Origin: Octopus bimaculoides
Taxonomy: Eukaryota
Direction: 5' to 3'
Length of the DNA: 42,064 nt
Assembly (NCBI RefSeq): GCF_001194135.2
Contig: NC_068985.1
Coordinates: forward strand, 120,837,015-120,879,078
Shown piece by piece: positions 23,934-36,489 of this stretch (the stretch's first letter is position 1; each line of letters opens with the position of its first letter). Both the position numbers and the translations under genes were made by a program. The notes beneath the pieces are model-generated. The model saw only the letters and a program-made list of their open reading frames with translations. It searched no databases and had not been told where the DNA came from.

Positions 23934-24099
23934 TGTGTGTGTGTGTATGTGTGTATGTATGTATGTATGCATGTGTGTGTGCATGTGTCTGCGTGTGTGT
24001 GCTTCACATTTATACAAAATGATGGAGACAGATGAAGGAACAACAAACAAGGTGTGTTAGTTTGAGGCTCAGAAAAAATGGAAGAGTCTGATGTTTCGA

Positions 24100-24190
24100 G
24101 CCTACGTGTTTACGTGGCGGTTCGGCAAAAGGGACCGATAGAATAAGTAGTCAAATGACTGAAACAAATAAAAGAATAAAAGAAAATATA
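24100..24190 (+). mobile_element. SINE family A 3' fragment with internal deletion
   Basis: gtgtttacgtggcggttcggcaaaagggaccgatagaataagtagtcaaatgactgaaacaaataaaagaataaaag joins two motifs that are ~60 bp apart in the 2470-2640 copy. Confidence 0.75.
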
Positions 24191-24379
24191 TACACTGCAT
24201 ACTCATATATGTACGTGTGTGTGTGTGTTTTATTGTATATATGTATGTATATACATATATATGTTCAAAAATAACTGTATATGTGTGTGTATTACCTTTC
24301 TTTGTAGTACATCTGCCTCAAGATGCAAGGAAGTTTTGTATCAGAGCTCTCCTTCTCTCTTCTCAGGTTAGTCAGAATT

Positions 24380-24702
24380 TGAGCTGTCATCTAATGGATG
24401 GCAACCACCACGTCCGTGGTGATGCTGCCTTTTCATAGTGACACTAAAAATAACCTCCACCGGGCGTATGCCTTGTTGGGTGATGGAGAACCTGGATTAT
24501 CCAAACTCCTGAATCCACGTCTCAGTTACGCAATTGTTTTCCAAAGTAGTGACGGACCTGATGAGAATTGTCTCGCTTGCTTTTGACTTACTTTCACGTG
24601 TTTTAACACCAGGCGCATTGAGAATATATTCTCTAACGCCTAAAAACGCAGCCGATCCACACACTAACAACACACACAGCTTGTGTATGTGTGATCGATT
24701 TT
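24380..24702 (-). mobile_element. Degenerate APE endonuclease N-terminus of a CR1/L2-like LINE (copy A)
   Basis: Minus strand: VREYILNAPGVKTRESKSKASETILIRSVTTLENNCVTETW...KRQHHHGRGG/(fs)VAIH. The N..G.K, TETW and GRGG(G)VAI motifs occur in APE order. Confidence 0.6.
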
Positions 24703-24799
24703 GTGTATATACTTTAAGCTGCTTCTAATTCAAATTTGAATTTTTTTCGTGGCATTAAACCAGCAGATGGTTTTCAGACTATATCGCATATGGCCATAT

Positions 24800-25036
24800 T
24801 CGGCGATATAGATTGCAGCAGGCCTTGTTCTGTACGCATCATTGAAAATTCGCAACGATGATGAAACATCGATGTCTGCCGCTCCGAGAAGGGATCTGAT
24901 GTTAGTTATCTCGCTTACCTTTGACTTATTTTCAGGTATTTTAACACCAGGTGCATTGAGAATACATTCTCTCACGCCTAAAAACGCCGCCGACCCACGA
25001 ACTAACAATATACATCTTGCGTATGTGTTCGATTTT
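24800..25036 (-). mobile_element. Second, diverged APE N-terminus (copy B; tandem duplicate of 24551-24702)
   Basis: ORF 24730-25008: VRECILNAPGVKIPENKSKVSEITNIRSLLGAADIDV. At the nucleotide level 24888-25036 aligns with 24551-24702. Confidence 0.6.
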
Positions 25037-25623
25037 CAACACACATATATATATTTTATATATAAGCATACACACGCGCGCTTTCGCGCACATACACACA
25101 CACATATATTTACATATTTTATGCACATATATATCTGAAAATATTATTTGACATTAAGCGTTGTGCTGAAAGAAACAGTGATATATAGATATTAAGAGGA
25201 AGTGGTATACAAGGACAGTGAAAACATGCTTGGTTGTTATACCAAGAGAGACAGGCGGAGTAAAAGAGAAAATGGAGACCAGAAGATCATACAGAAACAG
25301 AAGTATATAAGAATATGAAGATAGGCGAAATGATGAGAGAGATGAAGACAGAAATAGTGATCGCGAAAAGAGAGTATATTAATAACTTCTGTGATGATGC
25401 AAATATATGATGAATACATATAGATTGTATATAAATCTACGAACTACTGAATGAGAATATTAGTATAAAGGAGAAAGCATTCAAAGCTGCTTTTTCAACT
25501 CCAGATAACAAATAAGGTTATGTACGTTAATATAAAGATTGCAGAATAATAATTATCGCAATGCTAATCGTAAACTAATCAAGATTTCTTAATCACAACA
25601 GATTGAAAACAGAGTAAAGTAAT

Positions 25624-25864
<241 letters not shown>

Positions 25865-27120
25865 ATGGGTGGAGGGAGGGAGGGAAAGAGGGAGAAAGGG
25901 AGGTTAGCCGACAAGTATATTGATATATAGAAAGATGAAGAGATAAATGCTACCTACATAGGTATGTAGGTTGTTTGGCTGATAAGAAGGAAGGAAGGAA
26001 GGAAGGAAGGAGGCAAAGAAAGGCATACATACATGCATGCATACATAGGTAATGTCGACTATACTGTAACTGATTTCAAAACATGTAAAGAGAATTCAAA
26101 AAATTAAATAGACTCTAAAGAAACCAGATACACTCATTAAATTTTGTTATATGCAATAGAAGCGGTATTAATTTCCATCAGTGTATCAAATTTAATGTAA
26201 ATTCATCGTTGAAAGGCAAACTTCCTGCGTTATTTGTTTAGATATAACAACTCTTACGGATGTGCTGTGTTTGTATAAAATCGGAGGGAGGTGAAAATCG
26301 CTTCACTAGCGGCTCGTATAAACGCCGAACGCATGTCAGCCTTATATATGTTCTTATTGTTCTCCTCCAGTATTTGTTTTAAATTATCAGATACCCGATG
26401 TAAATTCGGACAACTGTCAATGTTAGATTCTATGTGTGAACAATTGCCCTTCTACAGTGATTTTGTAATAACCGACTTGTCTTAAAACTGGGCCCTTTCT
26501 GTTTTAATCTTACCGCCACTTACTTGGTCGATACTCCGACGTTTTGTCATATCGCTCTATATACTCCATCTTACCTCAGCAGTGGTTTTTCAGATCCTCT
26601 GACAAGATCTCTGCAGGCGTAGGAAACCCGTCTATCTTTTGGAATTTCACAACTGGTGCCACTGATAAAGAAATTCAGTTTTCTTCAGCTATCCTCGCAG
26701 CTACAGCCAGTGATATTCTTGAATAAGCAATAGTTACATCCATATCTTTCACTTTTGCGTCATACCTTCACCCTCTATTTTTTACTTTAGTTTTCCACCT
26801 CTTTCCATCAAAATTACTTTTTGACACCTGCATTCTTTTAATGATATTGGGTGAATATCAGCAAGTGCATGTTGAGATTTACCCCAACATGGCCGCACAT
26901 TGCTTTGTATCACCTCTTCCATCATACATCCTCTTAGCGACAAGAAGCCAAAGGCGAACGTCATTACAACTATTTCTTGTAGCAAGCCAAGCGTTCGTTT
27001 CCCTAATACAAAGTGGCACACGCCTGCGAGAAATGTGCTTCAATAGCTTCTCGCCTCATCCTGTTCTAAATCTTTAAGCAGCAAGTTACACATGATATAT
27101 ATATAGACGCATGCATGTAC

Positions 27121-27151
<31 letters not shown>

Positions 27152-27202
27152 GAGAGAGATACATATAGATATATACATATCACTTATATATGATATATAT
27201 AC

Positions 27203-27487
27203 TGTGAGTGGGGTCGAGTAAGCTGGTGTCTCTAGCCGGAGGTTGTCCAGCACCGAGGACGGGAGATTACCTAGAAACCATTGGTCTGTTGGTACTGATA
27301 CAGGCTAGGAGAGAGTAGTATTCTCCTTTGTTCATAGTATACTTCAGACTCAGAACGTGTGTCGATGAACAGCTTGAAAAGATGTTTTCCTGAGGCTAAA
27401 AGGTAGTAAAATGGTCCTACGCAGGACTGCCACCTTACGTTGGCAAATAGATTTTACTATCTCATTTAAAACTAGCTGTTTTACTCA
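27203..27487. mobile_element. Possible solo LTR (TG...CA, 285 bp) inserted in (TA)n
   Basis: An island of balanced, higher-GC sequence starting TGTGAG and ending TTTACTCA, with (TA)n on both sides. No clean TSD. Confidence 0.3.
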
Positions 27488-29092
27488 TTATATATATATG
27501 CATACAAACAATATATGAGTATATGCATATATATGTACNNNNNNNNNNATATATATAACCTAAAGACAGAGCAAATCAGCTCGGAAACTCATCTCCTTCA
27601 CATTCTTTAGGATTACATGCACATTGCATTGTCATACAGAATAGTTCTCTGAATGCCAGGCAAGTAATAAGCTTATGGTTTAATAGGCATGTATTCCTCA
27701 AATATATCAGTAGGATTAACGATTACATTTCCTGTAATCTCTGACAAGCTATCGATCGTGGAATTCAGCACTCACACACTTTCACTCGACAACATATCAC
27801 TTCGTTTTAATGATCAATCCAATATGATTTGGTTGACCGCTCACAAGATGTTCTCGCACGCATCACAGGATACAACATCCTTGATAAGAAGTGCAGTACG
27901 ACGTATAGCGTGTAGTGTGTGGTATGTTTAAATATGTGCTGTCCTCCTCGATGTATATATATATATATATAAAGAGAGGGGGGAAAGGGCGATAGACAGA
28001 CAGACAGACAGACAGACGGACAGACAGAGAGACAGACGGACAGACGGACAGACAGAGAGACANNNNNNNNNNNNNNNNNNNNNNNNNNNNNNNNNNNNNN
28101 NNNNNNNNNNNNNNNNNNNNNNNNNNNNNNNNNNNNNNNNNNNNNNNNNNNNNNNNNNNNNNNNNNNNNNNNNNNNNNNNNNNNNNNNNNNNNNNNNNNN
28201 NNNNNNNNNNNNNNNNNNNNNNNNNNNNNNNNNNNNNNNNNNNNNNNNNNNNNNNNNNNNNNNNNNNNNNNNNNNNNNNNNNNNNNNNNNNNNNNNNNNN
28301 NNNNNNNNNNNNNNNNNNNNNNNNNNNNNNNNNNNNNNNNNNNNNNNNNNNNNNNNNNNNNNNNNNNNNNNNNNNNNNNNNNNNNNNNNNNNNNNNNNNN
28401 NNNNNNNNNNNNNNNNNNNNNNNNNNNNNNNNNNNNNNNNNNNNNNNNNNNNNNNNNNNNNNNNNNNNNNNNNNNNNNNNNNNNNNNNNNNNNNNNNNNN
28501 NNNNNNNNNNNNNNNNNNNNNNNNNNNNNNNNNNNNNNNNNNNNNNNNNNNNNNNNNNNNNNNNNNNNNNNNNNNNNNNNNNNNNNNNNNNNNNNNNNNN
28601 NNNNNNNNNNNNNNNNNNNNNNNNNNNNNNNNNNNNNNNNNNNNNNNNNNNNNNNNNNNNNNNNNNNNNNNNNNNNNNNNNNNNNNNNNNNNNNNNNNNN
28701 NNNNNNNNNNNNNNNNNNNNNNNNNNNNNNNNNNNNNNNNNNNNNNNNNNNNNNNNNNNNNNNNNNNNNNNNNNNNNNNNNNNNNNNNNNNNNNNNNNNN
28801 NNNNNNNNNNNNNNNNNNNNNNNNNNNNNNNNNNNNNNNNNNNNNNNNNNNNNNNNNNNNNNNNNNNNNNNNNNNNNNNNNNNNNNNNNNNNNNNNNNNN
28901 NNNNNNNNNNNNNNNNNNNNNNNNNNNNNNNNNNNNNNNNNNNNNNNNNNNNNNNNNNNNNNNNNNNNNNNNNNNNNNNNNNNNNNNNNNGGTTGTGTAT
29001 TTATGTGTGTACGTTTATGCATGTAGATACCCGCTCAGCCATGTATGCGTATGCATATATTTATACGTATTTATACACATACAATCGCTGCA

Positions 29093-29440
29093 AGCTTGGC
29101 TTTGTGGTAGGAATTTCACTTCCCAACCGCTGCGTGGCTTCTTGGGCAAGTGTCTTCTACTATAGCCCCAGGCGAGTCAAAGACTTGTGCGTAGACTTTG
29201 TAGAGACAAACTGATAGAAACTCGTCGTATATGTATATGTGTGCACACATGTGTGTGTGTGTGCATGTGTGTTGTGTATTTGTATGTATGTGTGTATATG
29301 TGCGCGTGTGTGTGTTTGTGTCATCTAGCCTTGACATCACGTGGTATTTGTAAATGAGTGTCACTGTCAAGCAAGTTGTATCCTTCGTTTCCAATCTTCC
29401 GTAAAAGCATGTTTTATCATGAGGAGCAGGAAGGCCTTTC
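29093..29440 (+). mobile_element. SINE family A head + (TG)n + alternative 3' module
   Basis: ctgcgtggcttcttgggcaagtgtcttctactatagccccaggcgagtcaaagacttgtg, then (TG)n, then ttgacatcacgtggtatttgtaaatgagtgtcactgtc...ccttcgtttccaatcttccgtaaaagcatg, which differs from the 3' module of the 1880 copy. Confidence 0.75.
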
Positions 29441-30282
29441 GGTGGTAAAAATCTACGTCAACAATTTCCCTCGCGTTTTGCATTTTGGTATCGACTCCTT
29501 ATCATAACACCGACTACCGTCTACTGATTCAGTGAGCATATTGAGCACTGTCAGTGGTTAAATGTCGTTCATAGATTACCTTATGTCATTAGTTACGATC
29601 GATGCTTCAATCTGATGATAAGATTAGTCCAAACATGTCCCCAATTTTCAGAGAATCAGCCAAAGGTTTACTCCCCGCCTCCCTTGTATATTTACAGTGC
29701 ACATAGTTAAGATATTGAATGGAAAATAAATTTTTAGCCATTTGAAATTAAAATTGTAATGAAAAGAAAAGTCAATAGCGTTAATGAAAATTACTCTTAA
29801 TTGGAGGAGAGGAAACGTCTATCAACTAAATATGCACTGAGAACACAACACTTACCCCTCAGTGACAGCCCGTTGAAGGTTTAAATTCCCAGCTGGCATT
29901 ACAATCTCAATCGCTTCTACACTTCATGTTACGTTGGTCCAGTCCACTAACTGTAAGTTCCGGCAATGCCTTGGAAGTTAAATCTACCAAGGATTGAGGT
30001 CTTGTTCTGGGAACTGAGTAAACAGCCGCAGCGTTAGTCTTAGGACTTTAGACAGAACAATTACAACTCTCTATGCTGAAGGCTTCTTTGGCAATGTCCT
30101 AACTTTTTCGTTGTTGAAACAAATTATTTTAACACAAAAATACTCTATCAGTTTCTCATTTTGAGGTATTGGCAGGTGTGAGAGAAGTCGCCTACTCTAA
30201 AAGGTTTAATAATGGTTCTAAATTATGGCACAAGTCCAGAAATTTAGAGGGAGTGGTAAATCGATTACATAATTAAAAAAAA

Positions 30283-30296
30283 ATAATAATAATAAT

Positions 30297-30347
<51 letters not shown>

Positions 30348-30521
30348 NNNNNNNNNNNNNNNNNNNNNNNNNNNNNNNNNNNNNNNNNNNNNNNNNNNNN
30401 NNNNNNNNNNNNNNNNNNNNNNNNNNNNNNNNNNNNNNNNNNNNNNNNNNNNNNNNNNNNNNNNNNNNNNNNNNNNNNNNNNNNNNNNNNNNNNNNNNNN
30501 NNNNNNNNNNNNNNNNNNNNN

Positions 30522-30573
<52 letters not shown>

Positions 30574-30575
30574 TT

Positions 30576-30645
<70 letters not shown>

Positions 30646-30665
30646 TAATAATAATAATAATAATA
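30283..30665. repeat. (AAT)n microsatellite spanning a gap
   Basis: Directly visible on both sides of gap 30348-30521. Confidence 0.97.
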
Positions 30666-31605
30666 ACTTTAATAGTTGGGTTGATCCTATTATATATTTA
30701 TATTGTTATTTATATTATTCTTATGGTTTTAGTTTCATCACTCCTTGTTGTTAACTTGGATAGGAAAACAATGTGTTTGATGTGAATGAATATGCATAGA
30801 GATTGACGAGTGAAACAACATATTGAAAAATGGCTTATTCCATAGTGGCTCAACAATGCAATTATTTCTGGAATACAGGTGAACATCAGTGATTTTATTA
30901 ACGGATCTTTGACTGCATTTTACGTGAACAAAGAACTCAACGCATGAAGCGAGGTGCCTAATGAAGTGTGAGATTTGACATAAAAAACGGGAAAGATTAT
31001 TTTAGAAGTAACATATTTAGTATATGAATACCTGTTACGTGTATGAATATGTGTGTATATATGTGTGTCTGTGCGTGTGCGCACGTGCATACACATGGAC
31101 ATATATGTATCTGTATGTGTGTGTGTGTGCATGTATATATATATGTATATATATATATATATATATATNNNNNNNNNNNNNNNNNNNNNNNNNNNNNNNN
31201 NNNNNNNNNNNNNNNNNNNNNNNNNNNNNNNNNNNNNNNNNNNNNNNNNNNNNNNNNNNNNNNNNNNNNNNNNNNNNNNNNNNNNNNNNNNNNNNNNNNN
31301 NNNNNNNNNNNNNNNNNNNNNNNNNNNNNNNNNNNNNNNNNNNNNNNNNNNNNNNNNNNNNNNNNNNNNNNNNNNNNNNNNNNNNNNNNNNNNNNNNNNN
31401 NNNNNNNNNNNNNNNNNNNNNNNNNNNNNNNNNNNNNNNNNNNNNNNNNNNNNNNNNNNNNNNNNNNNNNNNNNNNNNNNNNNNNNNNNNNNNNNNNNNN
31501 NNNNNNNNNNNNNNNNNNNNNNNNNNNNNNNNNNNNNNNNNNNNNNNNNNNNNNNNNNNNNNNNNNNNNNNNNNNNNNNNNNNNNNNNNNNNNNNNNNNN
31601 NNNNN

Positions 31606-31650
<45 letters not shown>

Positions 31651-31858
31651 ATAATATATATATATAATATATAAATATATATGATATTACAATAACGTAG
31701 GTGCATATGTGTATATATAAACACAAATATATATACATATATGTATACACGTTCATACACATATGTATGTGTGTGTATGTATATAAATATATATATATAT
31801 ATATGCATATAATGTATGCGTAAATGCAAAATTCTGTGTATGTCTGTGTAGATACATA

Positions 31859-31892
<34 letters not shown>

Positions 31893-31999
31893 GATAATAG
31901 TGCCCGTCGAGCAGTATTATTATTTGTTTTACAATAGCACAAGAAACATTGCTCACGTTACAGCATCGATCACAGAAACAGCATCCACACTAAGCTCAC

Positions 32000-32260
32000 T
32001 CAAAAAAGCTACTGATACAGAATCAGGAAGATATCACCAAATTATTATTTCATCACAATTGTGAATCTATCTCAACAATTCATCTTCATTATTAAATGTA
32101 CTCCACACTTACGCAAAATTGCCAATCATTATATACAATCGTTCAGCAGAATTAACCATAATAACCAACGTTCCTAACAGTGGCTGACATACATCATCGC
32201 CTTGTTTAACGCCACCGCCGGAATCTTGAGTTGCCTTAATAAACTTTACTTTATTTCAAG
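32000..32260 (-). mobile_element. Possible very old LINE reverse-transcriptase remnant
   Basis: Minus frame KFIKATQDSGGGVKQGDDVCQPLLGTLVI resembles the GV(K/R)QG..LSPLLF motif; no clear YADD follows. Confidence 0.3.
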
Positions 32261-32914
32261 TATTCGGAACAGCTCTCATGCATGAGGATGATTGTTGATT
32301 TGATGGCGATTTCGATTCTTTGGTGTTTCCCTGATTCCCCTTCCACTTTTACTCCACCTGATTCTGCTGTCTTACAAAGAGTTGAGGTACCACCAATACG
32401 TCTTCGAATAAACAATATTCGCGCGCGCACAAACACGCATACTCACATATACATTTATACGTGCGCATGTGTCTGCATGCGTGTGTGTGTGTACATGCAT
32501 GTATGTATTATGAATGTATGTATGTATGCACAATTGTATTGTGCATATCTGAGAAGATATGCACAATACAATTATTCAAATTATGCAGGGAAGTATGCAA
32601 GTCCCAAGTTCGTCAGGTAATTTCACAAAACGGAATGACCCACTGACTTGTTGACTTACTCAGTAATTCACAACGGGTGGGATTTCAAATCAAAATTCCT
32701 ATATTTGAGATGTATGAATTGTCTGTACCACACTATATAGCTTATTCTCCGGTGAATGTTTTGTATACTATTGGGATTGTAGATAACCCAACTTCATCCA
32801 TGCATTCTACGCTGAAAATGGATAGCTTCACCGTCTGCTCTGCATATTTCTGTCCAGGCAATAAATGACGTGCTTCACGCTGATATGCCTTCATTCTTTA
32901 CGGGTTTTATAACT

Positions 32915-32963
32915 GAAAGCCTTGTGAGAGGATTTGATAGACGGAAACTGAAAGTAGCCTGTC

Positions 32964-33002
<39 letters not shown>

Positions 33003-33045
33003 CGTGTGTCTTTGCTTCTGTGTTTGTCCCCCTATCGCCATTATG
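32915..33045 (+). mobile_element. SINE family A middle fragment with (TA)n
   Basis: aaagccttgtgagaggatttgatagacggaaactgaaagtagcctgtcgta(ta)n...tctgtgtttgtcccc. Confidence 0.8.
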
Positions 33046-33528
33046 TAAATAGAGGAATTTATTTGTAATATATGTGACAATTATTCGGTTGCCATGATAA
33101 AACTCCGAGTTTCGGATGTCGGGGCAGAATCCTGCACCGGCACCCCTTCAGTTATCGAGGCAATTAAAATATGCTATGAAAATGACCGTTAAACAAAGGG
33201 AAATTACTATGTAATTGACCACAATTTAGACAAAAGAGCTATTAGAATGACCGTTAAATAAGAGAAAAAACCGAAGGGGAGGAAGTAAAAAGTAAAAGGA
33301 GTAAGGATGTAAACGAGTAAGAAAGCTCATAGCAATCGCGTGCGCGCACATTCACGTGCATACAATGCGCGCACGCACTCCCGTGTACATGTGCCTAAAT
33401 GCATAGGCTCACTCAGACTCACATGAAACGCACACATGCGCGCCCACACATACGTCAAATAGATGCACATATATATGCAACCATGAATATACACGAATAG
33501 AAATCCACACACGCGCGCGCGCACACAC

Positions 33529-33568
<40 letters not shown>

Positions 33569-34357
33569 NNNNNNNNNNNNNNNNNNNNNNNNNNNNNNNN
33601 NNNNNNNNNNNNNNNNNNNNNNNNNNNNNNNNNNNNNNNNNNNNNNNNNNNNNNNNNNNNNNNNNNNNNNNNNNNNNNNNNNNNNNNNNNNNNNNNNNNN
33701 NNNNNNNNNNNNNNNNNNNNNNNNNNNNNNNNNNNNNNNNNNNNNNNNNNNNNNNNNNNNNNNNNNNNNNNNNNNNNNNNNNNNNNNNNNNNNNNNNNNN
33801 NNNNNNNNNNNNNNNNNNNNNNNNNNNNNNNNNNNNNNNNNNNNNNNNNNNNNNNNNNNNNNNNNNNNNNNNNNNNNNNNNNNNNNNNNNNNNNNNNNNN
33901 NNNNNNNNNNNNNNNNNNNNNNNNNNNNNNNNNNNNNNNNNNNNNNNNNNNNNNNNNNNNNNNNNNNNNNNNNNNNNNNNNNNNNNNNNNNNNNNNNNNN
34001 NNNNNNNNNNNNNNNNNNNNNNNNNNNNNNNNNNNNNNNNNNNNNNNNNNNNNNNNNNNNNNNNNNNNNNNNNNNNNNNNNNNNNNNNNNNNNNNNNNNN
34101 NNNNNNNNNNNNNNNNNNNNNNNNNNNNNNNNNNNNNNNNNNNNNNNNNNNNNNNNNNNNNNNNNNNNNNNNNNNNNNNNNNNNNNNNNNNNNNNNNNNN
34201 NNNNNNNNNNNNNNNNNNNNNNNNNNNNNNNNNNNCTCTCCCTCTCCCTCTTACTTCTTTTCTACCTATCCGTGAATTAATATTTAGAATTTGAGATAAA
34301 ACAATATTTCGAGCGTATGTATATGGGTGTGGGCATGCATATATATATATATATATA

Positions 34358-34675
34358 TGAGTGACTGTTTGTTAAGACGCTTGCTTCGAAACCATATGGC
34401 TCTGGGTTCAGTCCCACTACGTGCCACCAGTGAGTGTCTTCTGCTATTGTCTTGGGCTGACGAAAGCTTGTGTGCCCCACCCCTACCCCGCTCGACCACT
34501 AGTGATAGCGGGTTTACGTTCCCGTAACCTGGAGGTTTTGCAAAAGGGACAAATAGAATAAGTGCCACGCTTGAAAAAAATGAAAGTACCGGTGTCAATT
34601 CATTCGACAAAAATTACTCGAGGCAGTGCCTCCTCATGGCCGCAGTCTAATGACTGAAGCAAGTAAAAGATAAAC
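34358..34675 (+). mobile_element. SINE family A copy lacking the central microsatellite
   Basis: Head aaccatatggctctgggttcagtcccactacgtgcc joins directly to the 3' module gggtttacgttcccgtaacctgg...catggccgcagtctaatgactgaagcaagtaaaagataa. Confidence 0.85.
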
Positions 34676-35496
34676 ATATAAACACTTCCTCACACATGTG
34701 CGCGCGTCGTTATGTGTATATATACACATGTATGTATGTATGTATGTATGCTTGTTTGTTTGTTTGTTACATAGAATACGTTTTAAAAGAAATGCATCTA
34801 AAAAAATTAATTAGTATTTTTGCATAATTTGATGCTAATTGCTTGAAACATAATTCATCATTTGACGTAAACATTTGTGGCAGATATTAGTGAGTAATAT
34901 TTTATTAAATTGCATCTCTCATACGAGCATATTATTGGAGAAAAACTAGAAATTCTTATGGGAGAATAGTTTTGAAATATGCATGGCGTTACAGTCTGTA
35001 AAAATATTTCTCCGTATGAATTTAAATTAGAATAAACAAGCAATTATTTAGTTTAGCTTGTTTAGCGTATATCCTATGGAGAATATATTTGCTAAATGTT
35101 GTTGCTGTTATTGCACAAGTAGCTGTTGTCATGTTTCGTTAGACCAGGTCGACTCTTGTAGAACAAATCTTTGATCAAAAGTGTATTACCTGTAATCATC
35201 CCATCATTTTAATGGTATGTAGGTAGTAATATATTACGTCATATTAATCGATGTGTAGGAATATATGTTAATGGATGTTAATCTATATAATCCAAAGTGT
35301 CTTTCTTTTCTTATCATTTTGAAAGTTAGAATATGATTTTAGTGTTTATTTAACTGGTATTACAAAGCAGATCCTGTTTTCTCGGTTGTTAATCGTTCCT
35401 GCAAAATAGTGGAACTAATTAAAAAGTATTGTTTCAACCGGAAAATAGCATTTAAGGATATTAATATTTAAGAACGTTTCAAAATAGTGACGTATA

Positions 35497-36388
35497 CGAG
35501 GTGTGTTCAAAAAGTATCCGACCTTTCAGCATAAAAATAAAAAGAACGATCTTTTACATTTCACAAACTTTATTTAATTACCTTCAGATTACTTCCCTTG
35601 AAAGTTCACACACTTCTCCCAACGGTTCTGGTGCTGCTGGTACCACTTCTGGGACGCCTTCTCTGCAATACTATAGTGCTCCGCAGTTGCTTTTCTCATA
35701 ATTGCCTCTTGCAACTCAAATCGCTTCCTTTTCAGCGTGGTTTTCAGTTTGGAGAGCCCGTCTATAACTAGTGGTGTGTTGTTCTTGACCAGGCAAGTTG
35801 GAATACAGGGTACCTTCAGAAAGTCTCCCACTAATTTTTTTGCCAGCACTCTCCGCATGCACAAGTCCTCCGTTAAAGCAAAACGCATTTATCCTGTGCT
35901 TATTCCCACTTTCATGTATTCTTACACGACGGTCTTCTATGACTATTCGCCGAACCTTCTCAATCGGCCCCTCGTTTCGGCTTGTAGGTGGCCTTCCTGA
36001 ATGTGCTCCGTTCTCCTCTGAGATGCAGTCATGTTTGAAGCTATTGTACCACTCCTTGATTTGAGCTTTGGTCATGCCATCATTGCCAAATGCCTGTTAA
36101 ATCTTGTAGATGGTTTGAAATTGAGTATGACCAAGCTTTTGACAAAATTTGATGCAATGTCTCTGCTCGATATGTTCGGTCATTTTGAGTGAAACCTAAA
36201 CTCCGTAAAGCACGCACTACACGTCTGTACTCTAGGCGTAACAGCCGGGACCTGACGAAACCTACCAACGAGAAAATTTTCGCGCATGCGTACGAAGGAG
36301 GCGTCACCTTCCACCCAATGGATGTTGCCCACGCAGCATTAGTTTTGGCGGGGAAAAAGAAAGTCGGATACATTTTGAAAGCATCCCG
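35497..36388 (-). mobile_element. Internally deleted mariner element (892 bp) with both TIRs and TA TSD
   Basis: Left TA|CGAGGTGTGTTCAAAAAGTATCCGACCTT; right end reverse complement TA|CGGGATGCTTTCAAAATGTATCCGACTTT. Transposase from ATG 36183: MTEHIEQRHCIKFCQKLG..., WYNSFK...HSGRPPTS, ILTEDLCMRRV..., then jumps to the C-terminus KLKTTLKRKRFE...RWEKCVNFQG. The catalytic DD34D core is mostly missing. Confidence 0.92.
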
Positions 36389-36489
36389 TAAAATTACAAT
36401 CTCTGATGAGGATTACCGTATATTAACATATTAACATATGGATTTTTAATCTTTTGAGGATGTAAGTTACTTTCAAATTAATCTTTTGC

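Noticed and set aside
24557-24580. CTGATGAG motif as a third hammerhead
   Set aside because: No GAAA box after the putative stem II, and the duplicate at 24896 does not keep the motif; it lies in APE-coding remnant sequence.
26500-27930. Recurrent in-frame TGA suggesting a TGA=Trp code (NUMT or symbiont insert)
   Set aside because: TAA stops also interrupt the frames and no mitochondrial or bacterial protein is recognisable; pseudogene decay explains it.
33105-33150. tRNA T-arm/3'-end-like ggggcagaatcctgcaccggcacc
   Set aside because: No matching 5' half or A box; too weak.
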